64,000 nucleotides of DNA, from NCBI GenBank assembly GCA_963765205.1, contig CAVXVB010000009.1, positions 928,001-992,000 on the forward strand, written 5' to 3'. The notes below the pieces were generated by a model. That model did no database searches, was not told the origin of the DNA, and saw nothing but the letters and a program-made list of their open reading frames with translations. Shown piece by piece: positions 55,381 to 64,000 of this stretch; position 1 is the stretch's first letter; every line of letters starts with the position of its first letter. The stretch comes from an uncultured Verrucomicrobiae bacterium. Its GTDB lineage: Bacteria > Verrucomicrobiota > Verrucomicrobiia > Opitutales > JABDGR01. Position numbers and translations under genes: made by a program.

Positions 55381-56412
55381 ATGCAATTTAATTTCAACAT
55401 CGCCGGCCTGGGCGCGGTCAGCCCGGCGGGCCAGGGCCTCGAGCGCCTGCTCGATGGCACCGTCCCGCGCCGGCAAAATTGGCCGGTCCTGGCGCCGTCC
55501 GCGCCGACGGTGGCGGCGGGTTGCGTGGACCTCACGCTGCCTTGTTGGGCGCGCTGGCGCCTGCACCCGCGCTTGCGCCGCGCCGGGGCTCAGACGCTTT
55601 TTCTGATCGAGGCGGTGGATGAAGCGATACGCCGGGCAAATTTACCGGCGGGCGCCACGATCGGCCTGTCAGTCGCGTTTGGCAATGGCGTGCTGACGCT
55701 GACGCGCAAATTTTACGAAGGAGTGGTGCGCGCGGGGCTGGATGGCGCCAATCCCGCGTGGTTTCCGGAGACGGTTTTCAATGCGCCACTGAATCACACG
55801 CTCGGCGCGTTGGGCCGCGAAGGTCCGTCGTCGGCCTGGGTCGGCGATGCCACCGCGCTGGCGCAAGCCTGGGTCAACGCCGGGCTTTGGCTGGAACAAG
55901 GCACCGTGGATGCGGTGGTGGTAGCCGCCGCGGAAGAGGTGGACGAAGCCATGATGGAGGTTTCCTTGCGCGCCGGATGGTTTCACCCGGCGAGTAAAGT
56001 TTTTCCGGCGGAAGGCGCGGTGGCGTTTGCGCTCACGCGTGACGGCCCTGCGCAAACCCAGGGGAATCTTCAAATCCATGCAGGACTTCCCTGGGGACGC
56101 CAGACCACCGCACCCGCCGCGCTCATCGAAGTTTTGGGGGACTTTGATCCAGCGTGGCCGATGTGTGCCGGCCCCTTGCCGCCGCCTGGTCCGGCCCGAG
56201 AGGCTTGGAAACAACGGCCCGCCCGCCCGGAATGGCCGGCCCCATGGCCCTATCTCGGCGAAGCGCATTCTGTCGCAGCGGGGTGGACCTTGGCCCGCAT
56301 TCTGGCCAGCGCGCCCAAGGAAAAGTTTGCGGTCGTGCTACCCTTGTGGGGGGCCGGCCATCAAGTCGCGGCGGTGGGTTGGGAGTCATTACAACCTTGC
56401 GTTACCCGGTAA
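55381..56412 (+). CDS. Ketosynthase-like chain-length factor
   Basis: IAGLGAVSPAG, P..FPETVFNAP, AEGA; no catalytic Cys/His motifs. Confidence 0.8.
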   Translation: MQFNFNIAGLGAVSPAGQGLERLLDGTVPRRQNWPVLAPSAPTVAAGCVDLTLPCWARWRLHPRLRRAGAQTLFLIEAVDEAIRRANLPAGATIGLSVAFGNGVLTLTRKFYEGVVRAGLDGANPAWFPETVFNAPLNHTLGALGREGPSSAWVGDATALAQAWVNAGLWLEQGTVDAVVVAAAEEVDEAMMEVSLRAGWFHPASKVFPAEGAVAFALTRDGPAQTQGNLQIHAGLPWGRQTTAPAALIEVLGDFDPAWPMCAGPLPPPGPAREAWKQRPARPEWPAPWPYLGEAHSVAAGWTLARILASAPKEKFAVVLPLWGAGHQVAAVGWESLQPCVTR

Positions 56413-56434
56413 TAAGTAAGTTAGTAGTCAGGTT

Positions 56435-56695
56435 ATGGCAAAAAATCAGGCGACCCTCGATGATTTGCGGGTTATCCTGGTCGAAAACACCCTGCTCCGC
56501 GTCGAACCACAAAGTATCGGCGCCGACCAATTGCTCTTCGGCCCGGACGGCTTGGGGCTGGATTCCATTGACGCCTTGCAGCTCGCCGTGGCCGTGGAAC
56601 GGCGTTACGGCGTGACGCTGAAGAATCCGGCTTTGGTGCGGCGGGTCCTCGTCTCGCTCGGGGATTTGCAAACTTGGATCAATGAGCAATCGTAG
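56435..56695 (+). CDS. Acyl carrier protein
   Basis: LFGPDGLGLDSIDALQL phosphopantetheine motif of the aryl-polyene ACP type. Confidence 0.92.
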   Translation: MAKNQATLDDLRVILVENTLLRVEPQSIGADQLLFGPDGLGLDSIDALQLAVAVERRYGVTLKNPALVRRVLVSLGDLQTWINEQS

Positions 56696-56722
56696 CCCGG
56701 CGATTTGCAACCCGTTCCAGCC

Positions 56723-58819
56723 ATGCACAACCGGGTAATCCATTTTGTCCGGCGAGGGGTCCTGGTGGCGGCGGGTCTGGGCCTCGCCGCGTGGGTCTTA
56801 CTTACCCTGCGCTGGCAAGGCGACTTGATTGATTTGTTCCCCGCCGACCTGCCCGCCGTGCGCGACTTGCGCGCATGGCAGGCGCGGGGCAGCGAGGACT
56901 TCAGCCTGCTCGGCGTGGTGGTGGATCCTGGAGCGGAAGACGCCGGGCAACTCGCCACGCGCCTCGCGAGCGTCGCGGAGGCGCTCGCTGCCTCGCCACT
57001 CGTGGCCAAGGCGGACGTCCTGACCGACCCTTCCAAGCTCGCACCCGAAGGTTGGGCGGCGGTCTTTATCGGATTGCCCCCGGATAGATTTGCGCAATTT
57101 GCTAAGGCGACGAACGAAGCCGAAGTTCGCACACAATTGCAGGCCGCGCGGGGCGCGTTGAGCGGCTGGCCGGATCCGGCCGTCTGGGCCCGCATTCATT
57201 ATGATCCGCTGGGGCTGGCGGATTGGGTGGTGTCACCAGCCCCAGCGGGATTGAACGGGGCGCCTTCCACCGTGCCGAATCCCATTCTGCGGATCGAACC
57301 GAAAGCCCGCGCCAACACACTCGCCACGGCGGAACCGCTGGTGACGGCGGTGCGTGCAGCACTGGCCGCCAACGGATTTGCACCAGGCAGCATCGCCTTG
57401 ACGGGTGAAGCGGCTTACGCCACCGAAATTGGCCTGCAGATGCGTCGCGAAATGATTGGCATGACGCTCAGTTCGGGGGCGCTGATCGCTTTGGTTTTTC
57501 TCATCGCGTATCGTTCGTGGTTTCCGTTGGTGGCTCTGTTCGCACTGCAAGCAGCCGGCTTGCTCGCCGGTCTGTTGGCGGCGCGAATTATCTGGGGCAG
57601 CATCAATCTGCTGAGCGTGGCCTTTGCCTCGGTGGCGCTGGGACTGTGTTCCGACTATGGCGCAGTCGTGTATCATCATTTTGCGAGCGGTGGACGCAAG
57701 GAGGGCGAAACCTGGCGCACCCTGCGGCGCAGTTTAATTTTTTGCGTGCTCACGACTGCGGTCGGCTTGGGCGGCCTGGCGGCGAGCGCCCTGCCGGGAT
57801 TGCGGCAGTTTGCGGTGCTCATCAATGTCTGTTTGATCGTGGTGGCCGCGCTGGCGATTGGACCTTGGGCCAGTTGGGTGGAGCACCACCTGGGCGCGCA
57901 GATAACTCCTCCAGCTGAGATAACCGAGCCGGAGCAACCCGCGCCAGTTTGGCTGCGGCGATGCGGTTGGCTTTTTCTCATCGGCGGCTGGCTCTTGCTG
58001 GGTTGGAGCGCATGGCATCGTGAAAGCATTTATGACTTTTCCTGGTCGCGGATGTCCCCGCCGGGACTCGAAGCCCAACACGGGCAGGACATTCTCGCCG
58101 CATACCTGCCCGTGAAATTCATTGCTGGCGACGAAAGCGCATGGGCGGCCAATCGCCAGATCTGGGCGGCTCGTGCACCGTTTGAACTCGGGCCGGTTTT
58201 CACCGCGGAAGGATTTCAGCCGAATTTGGCCGAACCCTACCAAAATCTTTTTCATTCGCTGGATGGCTGGAGCCACGGCGACCCGGCCCTGGAAATCTGG
58301 TCGCGCGGCTCCACCGCCTTCGCCCGCTTGCAGGCCACCCTGCCCGCGTTGATCAAAAACAATCTGCTCACGACCTCGGCGTGGGCCATGATCATTATTT
58401 TGGCGTTACTGGCGTGGGGACTGGGCTCGATGGCGCATTTGTTGCGAACCCTGCTGGCCATGGCGGCGGGCGTGGGCTGGTGGCTGGCGGGTTTGGTCGT
58501 GGTGCATGAACCACTTTCGCTGGCCGCCTTCGCCAGTCTGCCCATCTTGTTTGGCCTGGGGGAAGATTTTTGCATTTTCATCATGCTTTTCATCCGGCAG
58601 GAGGGACAGCGCTGGGGGACGGCCCGCCAGCGTTTGGGCCAACCCCTCGCGCTCGTGGCGATAATCACCATCATCGGCTTTGGCACAAGCGGTTTCAGCG
58701 CGCAGCCAGCGCTGCGCAATTTCGGGGTCGTATTGGCGCTGGGGATTTTAAGTTCCTTTTTAGCCGCGGCGCTGGGGCTGCCGGCGTTGCTCGCCAATAT
58801 GAAGCCCAAGAGTAAGTAA
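56723..58819 (+). CDS. MMPL/RND-family lipid exporter
   Basis: Two TM bundles with GLCSDYG and GLGEDF motifs, LPGLRQF, QPALRNFG; start uncertain (56705 or 56723). Confidence 0.82.
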   Translation: MHNRVIHFVRRGVLVAAGLGLAAWVLLTLRWQGDLIDLFPADLPAVRDLRAWQARGSEDFSLLGVVVDPGAEDAGQLATRLASVAEALAASPLVAKADVLTDPSKLAPEGWAAVFIGLPPDRFAQFAKATNEAEVRTQLQAARGALSGWPDPAVWARIHYDPLGLADWVVSPAPAGLNGAPSTVPNPILRIEPKARANTLATAEPLVTAVRAALAANGFAPGSIALTGEAAYATEIGLQMRREMIGMTLSSGALIALVFLIAYRSWFPLVALFALQAAGLLAGLLAARIIWGSINLLSVAFASVALGLCSDYGAVVYHHFASGGRKEGETWRTLRRSLIFCVLTTAVGLGGLAASALPGLRQFAVLINVCLIVVAALAIGPWASWVEHHLGAQITPPAEITEPEQPAPVWLRRCGWLFLIGGWLLLGWSAWHRESIYDFSWSRMSPPGLEAQHGQDILAAYLPVKFIAGDESAWAANRQIWAARAPFELGPVFTAEGFQPNLAEPYQNLFHSLDGWSHGDPALEIWSRGSTAFARLQATLPALIKNNLLTTSAWAMIIILALLAWGLGSMAHLLRTLLAMAAGVGWWLAGLVVVHEPLSLAAFASLPILFGLGEDFCIFIMLFIRQEGQRWGTARQRLGQPLALVAIITIIGFGTSGFSAQPALRNFGVVLALGILSSFLAAALGLPALLANMKPKSK

Positions 58820-58853
58820 TTGCGTTCCACGCCACCGGAGTCAAAATCATCCC

Positions 58854-59528
58854 ATGTTTCCGGTTGTATTTATCGCATTGTATACTCTCGCCGCGACGGC
58901 GCCGGAACCTGCGGTGCAGGCCACCCCGGTCTCGGATGCCGAACTGGCCGCGTTTCAAAAAAACTACGCGGATCATCGCCTCAACACCGCCGGCTGGAGC
59001 GGCAATTTTCACCAGGAAGCGCACAGTCCGGACTTACTTACGCCGATTACGAGCGAGGGCAACCTTACCTACCGTGCGCCAGCGTCGCTGGAAATGAGCT
59101 ACACCACGCCGCTCGTCGGCCAGGTTTGGATTCAAAAAGACGCGGTGGGCCAAAAATTTTCCGGTCGGTCACCCCAAGTGGCGGCGGCCCCCATGGTGCG
59201 CTCCTTGCTGGAGTTCTTTCGCCAACCACCCGCAGCCTGGGAAAAAGACTTCACGCAAACGGCGCAACGCGACCACGATGTCATGCGCATTCAACTGAGG
59301 GTAAAACCCAACACTGTTGCAGGCCAGCCCAGCCGGATTTTGGTCGAAGTCAATGCGCTCACCTTCGACCCGCTACGACTCGAGCTTGTTTTCGCTGAAA
59401 AAACGTCGCTGGTCTTTATCTTTTCCGATTGGATATCACTGGGGCCTGCCTCCGCAATCCCACTCGAACCACCTGCCCATGAACCAACCGCTCCTGCCCC
59501 ATGGCCCGGGGTTTCGCCTCGTAGATAA
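58854..59528 (+). CDS. LolA-like carrier protein
   Basis: Signal peptide; F.QE.....L..P..SEG......P......Y..P pattern. Confidence 0.72.
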   Translation: MFPVVFIALYTLAATAPEPAVQATPVSDAELAAFQKNYADHRLNTAGWSGNFHQEAHSPDLLTPITSEGNLTYRAPASLEMSYTTPLVGQVWIQKDAVGQKFSGRSPQVAAAPMVRSLLEFFRQPPAAWEKDFTQTAQRDHDVMRIQLRVKPNTVAGQPSRILVEVNALTFDPLRLELVFAEKTSLVFIFSDWISLGPASAIPLEPPAHEPTAPAPWPGVSPRR

Positions 59529-59907
59529 AATCTCCGCGCCCGAGGCCGGCCCTTTGCTGCGCGGCAAGGTGTGGCTGAATCCGGACTGGCCGATTTTTCG
59601 CGACCATTTTCCGGAGCGGCCATTGTTGCCGGCCGTTTACTTCGTGGAAATGGGCGCGCAAACGGCCGGTGCGCTATGGGCGGCCCACACCGGATTTTCG
59701 CCGGCGACGCCTTTGCAATTGGTGGAAATCAAAAAATTTCGCGTCCGGCAGCCCGCATTTCCCGGCCAAAATCTGCAAATTGTCGTCCGCCTCGCCACCG
59801 AGTGGCCGGAACTGGCCACGTTTCAGGTCCAGATTTTTCGCGATGAAATCCTGCTGGCTGAAGGCGAAATGGTCATGGCCCATGCCAAGCCGGCCACCCA
59901 AGTCTGA
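59479..59907 (+). CDS. FabZ/FabA-like acyl-ACP dehydratase
   Basis: LPHGPGFRLVD, FRDHFPERPLLPAV..VE..AQ. Confidence 0.88.
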   Translation: MNQPLLPHGPGFRLVDKISAPEAGPLLRGKVWLNPDWPIFRDHFPERPLLPAVYFVEMGAQTAGALWAAHTGFSPATPLQLVEIKKFRVRQPAFPGQNLQIVVRLATEWPELATFQVQIFRDEILLAEGEMVMAHAKPATQV

Positions 59908-59910
59908 CCC

Positions 59911-61239
59911 TCACACCCCAAGTTGGCCGGCCAGGGCGCGGGTGTCTACTTTGCCACGGGCGGTGCGCGGGAATTGGGCCAGCACGAGCCACGCCCGGGG
60001 TTGCTTCCACGTTGGCAGGCGGGTGGTCAGTGCGTGGGTTAATTCACACACGGGCGCGGAAGTTTCCACGGCGGCGGCGAGAAAATCACGGCCCACCCGC
60101 ACGCCCACGCCGCACCAGGCATCGGTCACCCCGGGCAAGGTGCGCAGGAGGGATTCAATTTCCGCCGGGACGACTTTGCGACCGGCCAGGTTGGCGTGCC
60201 GTCCCACCCTTCCCGTCAGGACCAGCTCGCCGTCCTCATTCCAGCGTCCGCAATCCGGCAACCGATACAACCCATTTGGGGTGGCGACGGCGGTGCTGCG
60301 CACCTGCACCCGACCCGCGCACAATTTTATCCGCACGCCGGGCAAGGGCCGCCCAACGCTGTGGCCGGCGAGTGAAGCACGCCCGGTGCGGTCATAGCCA
60401 ATACCGCCCGTTTCAGAAGCACCGTAGAAATTGTGAATCTTGCGGCCGAAGCGGCGCGAGAAGGCCTGCGCGACCGCGGGAGAAAGCGGCGCGCCGGCGG
60501 AAATGGCGAGGCGCAGTTTACCGAGGCGGTGAGCACCCGCAGTTTCGGCGAGCACCTTGAAGACGGCAGGCACCGAGGGAAACACGGTCGGGTGGTAACG
60601 TTGGGCCCATTCGGCAATTTGCGCGATGGTATACGCGGCGGCGGTGACAATCGGAATGCCATCCACCACCAACGGCAGCACCAAGTTGCCCAATCCATAC
60701 GAATGGCCGAAGGGAATCAGGCCGAGATTTTTATCGCGCAGCCGCAGCCCCATGCCCGCGCGAATGTGTTGGTAATCGGCGAGGAGATGCCGCGCCGCGC
60801 ACGGAACCGCCGCGGCCTGGCCCGTGAAGCCCGAGGTTGCTTTTACGACGGCGGCACCCCGCCAGCGGCGCGTGGCCGGATCCAGCGGCGAAAGGGTTTG
60901 CCCATTCCACCAATGCGTGGCGCCCAGTTGCCCGGCCAACTCCCTTCCCTGCCGCTCAGTAAAACCAGGATCCAAGGGCAGCGCCGCCCAGTTTGCCTTC
61001 TGCGCGGCCAAAAAAACCGCCAGCCAGTCCAACCCATTCGGCAACACCCACGCCACACAGCCGCTGGTTCCCGCAAAACGGCCGGAATGAAACACGGTTT
61101 CTGCGGCAGACGTAATTTCCCCAGCGCGGAAGGCGCGGCCAGCCGGAGCATCGACGAGCAAGCCCGCCCGGGGCCGGCGTACGGCCGTTCGCTGCCACCG
61201 CCGCCATAATTCGCCACCGTGATTGTTGGGCATTCCCAT
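59911..61239 (-). CDS. AMP-dependent acyl-CoA/ACP synthetase
   Basis: TSGFTG, HSYGL, ISAGAPL, FYGASETG, GRKVVPAEIE, PRTARGKVD. Confidence 0.88.
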   Translation of the reverse strand: MGMPNNHGGELWRRWQRTAVRRPRAGLLVDAPAGRAFRAGEITSAAETVFHSGRFAGTSGCVAWVLPNGLDWLAVFLAAQKANWAALPLDPGFTERQGRELAGQLGATHWWNGQTLSPLDPATRRWRGAAVVKATSGFTGQAAAVPCAARHLLADYQHIRAGMGLRLRDKNLGLIPFGHSYGLGNLVLPLVVDGIPIVTAAAYTIAQIAEWAQRYHPTVFPSVPAVFKVLAETAGAHRLGKLRLAISAGAPLSPAVAQAFSRRFGRKIHNFYGASETGGIGYDRTGRASLAGHSVGRPLPGVRIKLCAGRVQVRSTAVATPNGLYRLPDCGRWNEDGELVLTGRVGRHANLAGRKVVPAEIESLLRTLPGVTDAWCGVGVRVGRDFLAAAVETSAPVCELTHALTTRLPTWKQPRAWLVLAQFPRTARGKVDTRALAGQLGV

Positions 61240-61253
61240 ATGATTAATGGAAA

Positions 61254-61964
61254 TTAAATTCTGGTCGCGGTATACTCGCTCATGCAACCGTATTGCAACC
61301 GGTGCCGGCCCGCGGCGAAACCTGCGTGAGCAAGGGCGGCGAGCACCGCGGCGGGCGGGCGGGCGGCGGCCATGGTGCGCCAATAATAGCGGTAGAGCCG
61401 CCAGGCGCTGAGCCGCCCGGTGAACACCAAGCCCAGGGCTGGCAGCCCACCGCCAAAATAACCGTCGAAAACCAGCCGCCCGCCACGGCTCGCGGGGCGC
61501 GTGATTTCCAGCAACACCAGGCGGCCGCCGGGGCGCAACACGCGCGCGAATTCGCGGAAGGCGCGGTTCCAGTCCGGCACATGCCGCAACGCGTAACCCA
61601 TCATGACGAAATCAAACGCGGCGGCGGCCACCGGCAACGCTTCCGCAATCCCTTCGTGAAATTCCATCGGCAGTTTCGTCCGAGCCCGGGCGGACATGCC
61701 GGGGCTGGGGTCCACGCCCACGAGCGTCACCTGCCCGTGCGTCAACCGCAGGGCGGCGAGACTCATCAGGCCGGTGCCGCAGGCGACATCAAGCACTTGC
61801 GCGCCCGGTTGCAAGCCAGCGCGGCCCAGCGCCTCCTGCCGGTAGCGCAAACCGCGCCCGCCGGAGCCGAGGGCGTCGACGCGGTCATAGATTCCGGCGC
61901 TGTCATCAAACAATTGCCGCAGTTGGGCCGCGTCCAGCGCAGGCGACGTAAGCTCCGTATTCAT
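61254..61964 (-). CDS. UbiE/MenG-like SAM-dependent methyltransferase
   Basis: VLDVACGTG, GVDPSPGM, MGYALRHV, RVLRPGG; ATGA overlap with the upstream gene. Confidence 0.88.
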   Translation of the reverse strand: MNTELTSPALDAAQLRQLFDDSAGIYDRVDALGSGGRGLRYRQEALGRAGLQPGAQVLDVACGTGLMSLAALRLTHGQVTLVGVDPSPGMSARARTKLPMEFHEGIAEALPVAAAAFDFVMMGYALRHVPDWNRAFREFARVLRPGGRLVLLEITRPASRGGRLVFDGYFGGGLPALGLVFTGRLSAWRLYRYYWRTMAAARPPAAVLAALAHAGFAAGRHRLQYGCMSEYTATRI

Positions 61965-63226
61965 GGGGCCACCTCCTGGCTGGGCCGATGGCGCATAAAA
62001 CGGTTGAGGGAGCAAGCCAGGAGAAAAATCTGAAAGCGCCAACGCGCGCTCCAGGGCAAGCTATGATGACCGGCCATGACGGCGTTAACCGCTGGAAAAA
62101 CTTTCAAGCGATTGGTGGGCTGCATGAAAATCTCAAAGCTCGCCGGGTCGTAAAATGACTCCACCAACTGACGCACCGTCCGGATGCGATTCTTCATGTA
62201 ATGGGTGAAGCGGGCCTGCTCCCGGCGATTAAAGGGACGGCCCGTGCGCTTCAGGCGCAGCAGAGTTTCTACAGCGCGGCTGGCCGAGGCGCAGGCCAGA
62301 CTGACGCCGGTGGAAAAGGTTGGGTCAATGAAGCTGGCGGCGTCGCCAATCATAAACAGCCGCTCATCCGCAAAACGAGCATGGCAGTAGCAATAATCCG
62401 CGGTGACGCGATACTGGTCCACGGGCGAGGCTTTTTCCAGCAGTTCCGGAAGCAGTTTGGCCTCACGGACTCTGCGCCAAAAAACTTCCTCCGGGTTGCG
62501 CAATTGCCCGCCGCCGGCTTCGTCCAGCAGCATGACCAATCCCACCGAAGTTTTGCCGCCGGCCAGCGGGATAACCCAAAACCAGCCGCCCGGCAGACTG
62601 AAAATGTGGATGTTGCCCCCGCGGCGGTCAGTTCGACGCTGCACCCCGGCAAAGTGGTTATAGATGGCGATGCGCTTGGGATAATTCAACTCGTCGCGCG
62701 GCATTGACAAAATCCGCCCCATCACCGCATCCCGCCCGCTGGCATCCAAAATATAATCGGCCGTGACGCCGCCGGCGGCAGCACCCGCCAGTTCGACGCG
62801 CCAGGCGTTTTTTTCGCGGCGGGCGGTGGTCACGCTGGTCTCCATCCGCACTTCGCAGCCACACGAACTGGCGTGATCCAACAATACCTGGTCAAAAATT
62901 GCCCGCTCCACCTGGAAGGTCATGGGCGGCCCGCCAAAGAAGCCGTTGGCAAAGATGATATGGATGCCGTGGCCGGTCCGGCCGTCATAAAACTCGGCCC
63001 CGTATTTTTCGACAAAACCGGCCGCGCATACTTTTTCCCAAGCCCCTATTTTCTGCAGATACTGGTTGCCCGCGGGCAACAGTGATTCGCCGATGCGAAA
63101 ACGCGGAAATTTTTCCTTTTCCACCACCAGCACTTTTTCGCCCGCCCGCGCCAGGCCCGCGCCGGCGCAACTGCCCGCCGGGCCGGCCCCGATTACAATA
63201 GCGTGGTAGTGCATAATGTTCCACAT
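61961..63226 (-). CDS. Flavin-dependent halogenase-like FAD oxidoreductase
   Basis: IGAGPAG, FPRFRIGESL, KYGAEF, DASGR, WFWVIP, IGDAASFIDPTFSTGV. Confidence 0.85.
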   Translation of the reverse strand: MWNIMHYHAIVIGAGPAGSCAGAGLARAGEKVLVVEKEKFPRFRIGESLLPAGNQYLQKIGAWEKVCAAGFVEKYGAEFYDGRTGHGIHIIFANGFFGGPPMTFQVERAIFDQVLLDHASSCGCEVRMETSVTTARREKNAWRVELAGAAAGGVTADYILDASGRDAVMGRILSMPRDELNYPKRIAIYNHFAGVQRRTDRRGGNIHIFSLPGGWFWVIPLAGGKTSVGLVMLLDEAGGGQLRNPEEVFWRRVREAKLLPELLEKASPVDQYRVTADYCYCHARFADERLFMIGDAASFIDPTFSTGVSLACASASRAVETLLRLKRTGRPFNRREQARFTHYMKNRIRTVRQLVESFYDPASFEIFMQPTNRLKVFPAVNAVMAGHHSLPWSARWRFQIFLLACSLNRFMRHRPSQEVAP

Positions 63227-63410
63227 GTTTTAGGCAGGCATTCATTGCGTTGGCAAATTAATTGCCCCCTGCCGGGCAGCAAACCGACCCGTGTTGCGGA
63301 CAGTCCAAGAGGAAAACCCGGAAAAACAAAGTAGGGTAACACCCCATGCGGCCAGATTGGGCAAGCCTTGTGAGATTAACCGGACCTTGATATTTTTTAA
63401 AGTCGCCCGT

Positions 63411-63998
63411 ATGAATTTTCTTTGCCAAAGCCCCCAGCCGCCGCTTACGCTGGCTTTGCCGTGGTGGACGGCCATCCTGCCCTGGCTGGTATTTGGGGTC
63501 GTTCAGCAATGGTCTGCGCTTTGGGCGGCGCCGCTGGCTTTGACGTTTTTTGTGCTGTTGTATTGGCGGGCACGGCTGGCCCTGCCTCCGCTGGATGCCG
63601 GCATCGCGCTTTATTTTTTGCTTTACAGTATCATTGGCTTCACCGGGCTGACGCAGAAATTGCCTCCGCCGGTTCTCTTTGCCCTGTGCCCCGCCATACT
63701 GGCCCTGACAGCGATCCTTTCAATAGTCACGGGCCGGCCCTTTACCCTCGCCTATGCCCGTCGCTATGCGCCGGAACACATCCGGGAGCGGCATTCATTT
63801 TTTCAGGCCAATCAAATCATCACCCTGCTGTGGGTGGGGGGCTTTGCGACCGCAGCCCTCGCCATCGGCACTTTGCCCGCCCAAGGGAACCCGACCCGCG
63901 CGGCCTTGATTTTAATCTCCGTGATGGGTGCGACTGTGGCGGCCTCAATCATTGTCGGCCGCTGGCTCCACGTTCGCCTATCCCGGGTTGCCTCATGA
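63411..63998 (+). CDS. Multi-pass membrane protein of unknown function
   Basis: Several hydrophobic helices; GRPFTLAYAR...FFQANQIITLLW. Confidence 0.65.
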   Translation: MNFLCQSPQPPLTLALPWWTAILPWLVFGVVQQWSALWAAPLALTFFVLLYWRARLALPPLDAGIALYFLLYSIIGFTGLTQKLPPPVLFALCPAILALTAILSIVTGRPFTLAYARRYAPEHIRERHSFFQANQIITLLWVGGFATAALAIGTLPAQGNPTRAALILISVMGATVAASIIVGRWLHVRLSRVAS

Positions 63999-64000
63999 AT

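Noticed and set aside
59479..59528. 50-nt overlap between the LolA-like and FabZ-like genes as a special feature
   Set aside because: Could be another indel or a harmless tail; nothing supports a function.
1..64000. CRISPR array, tRNA or rRNA genes
   Set aside because: I saw no regularly spaced repeat-spacer array, no cas genes and no tRNA/rRNA signature by eye.

Overview
GC-rich bacterial chromosomal window. Gene content and protein styles suggest Verrucomicrobiota/PVC (inference). From left to right: a partial formylglycine-generating enzyme gene; a soluble LacI-type-sensor hybrid histidine kinase split by one missing base; a Moco biosynthesis/molybdate uptake operon with a ModE-box; a large secreted protein; HAD, dciA-like, rpsO and pnp; a 1005-aa ECF sigma factor with about 20 C-terminal helical repeats; a GH53 galactanase; a type IV pilus/T2SS motor cluster (pilB-pilT-pilB-pilC) downstream of coaE-rho; efp; a complete IS1595 element with passenger genes; fbaB; a HAD gene followed by a toxin-antitoxin cassette bounded by a 72-bp duplication of the HAD 3' end; a sialate O-acetylesterase; a complete IS5-family element; gene remnants; an mdtABC-OMF efflux system; and a ~13-kb type II FAS/PKS (aryl-polyene-like) cluster with a halogenase-like flavoprotein and HpnI/HpnK-like sugar-tailoring genes. 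The main leads are that hybrid lipid cluster, a dispersed family of inverted heptamer repeats (one copy in frame inside coaE), and the integrase-less TA cassette. Six apparent single-base indels, five of them within 4.5 kb, may be assembly errors. All calls come from motif recognition by eye; no searches were run.
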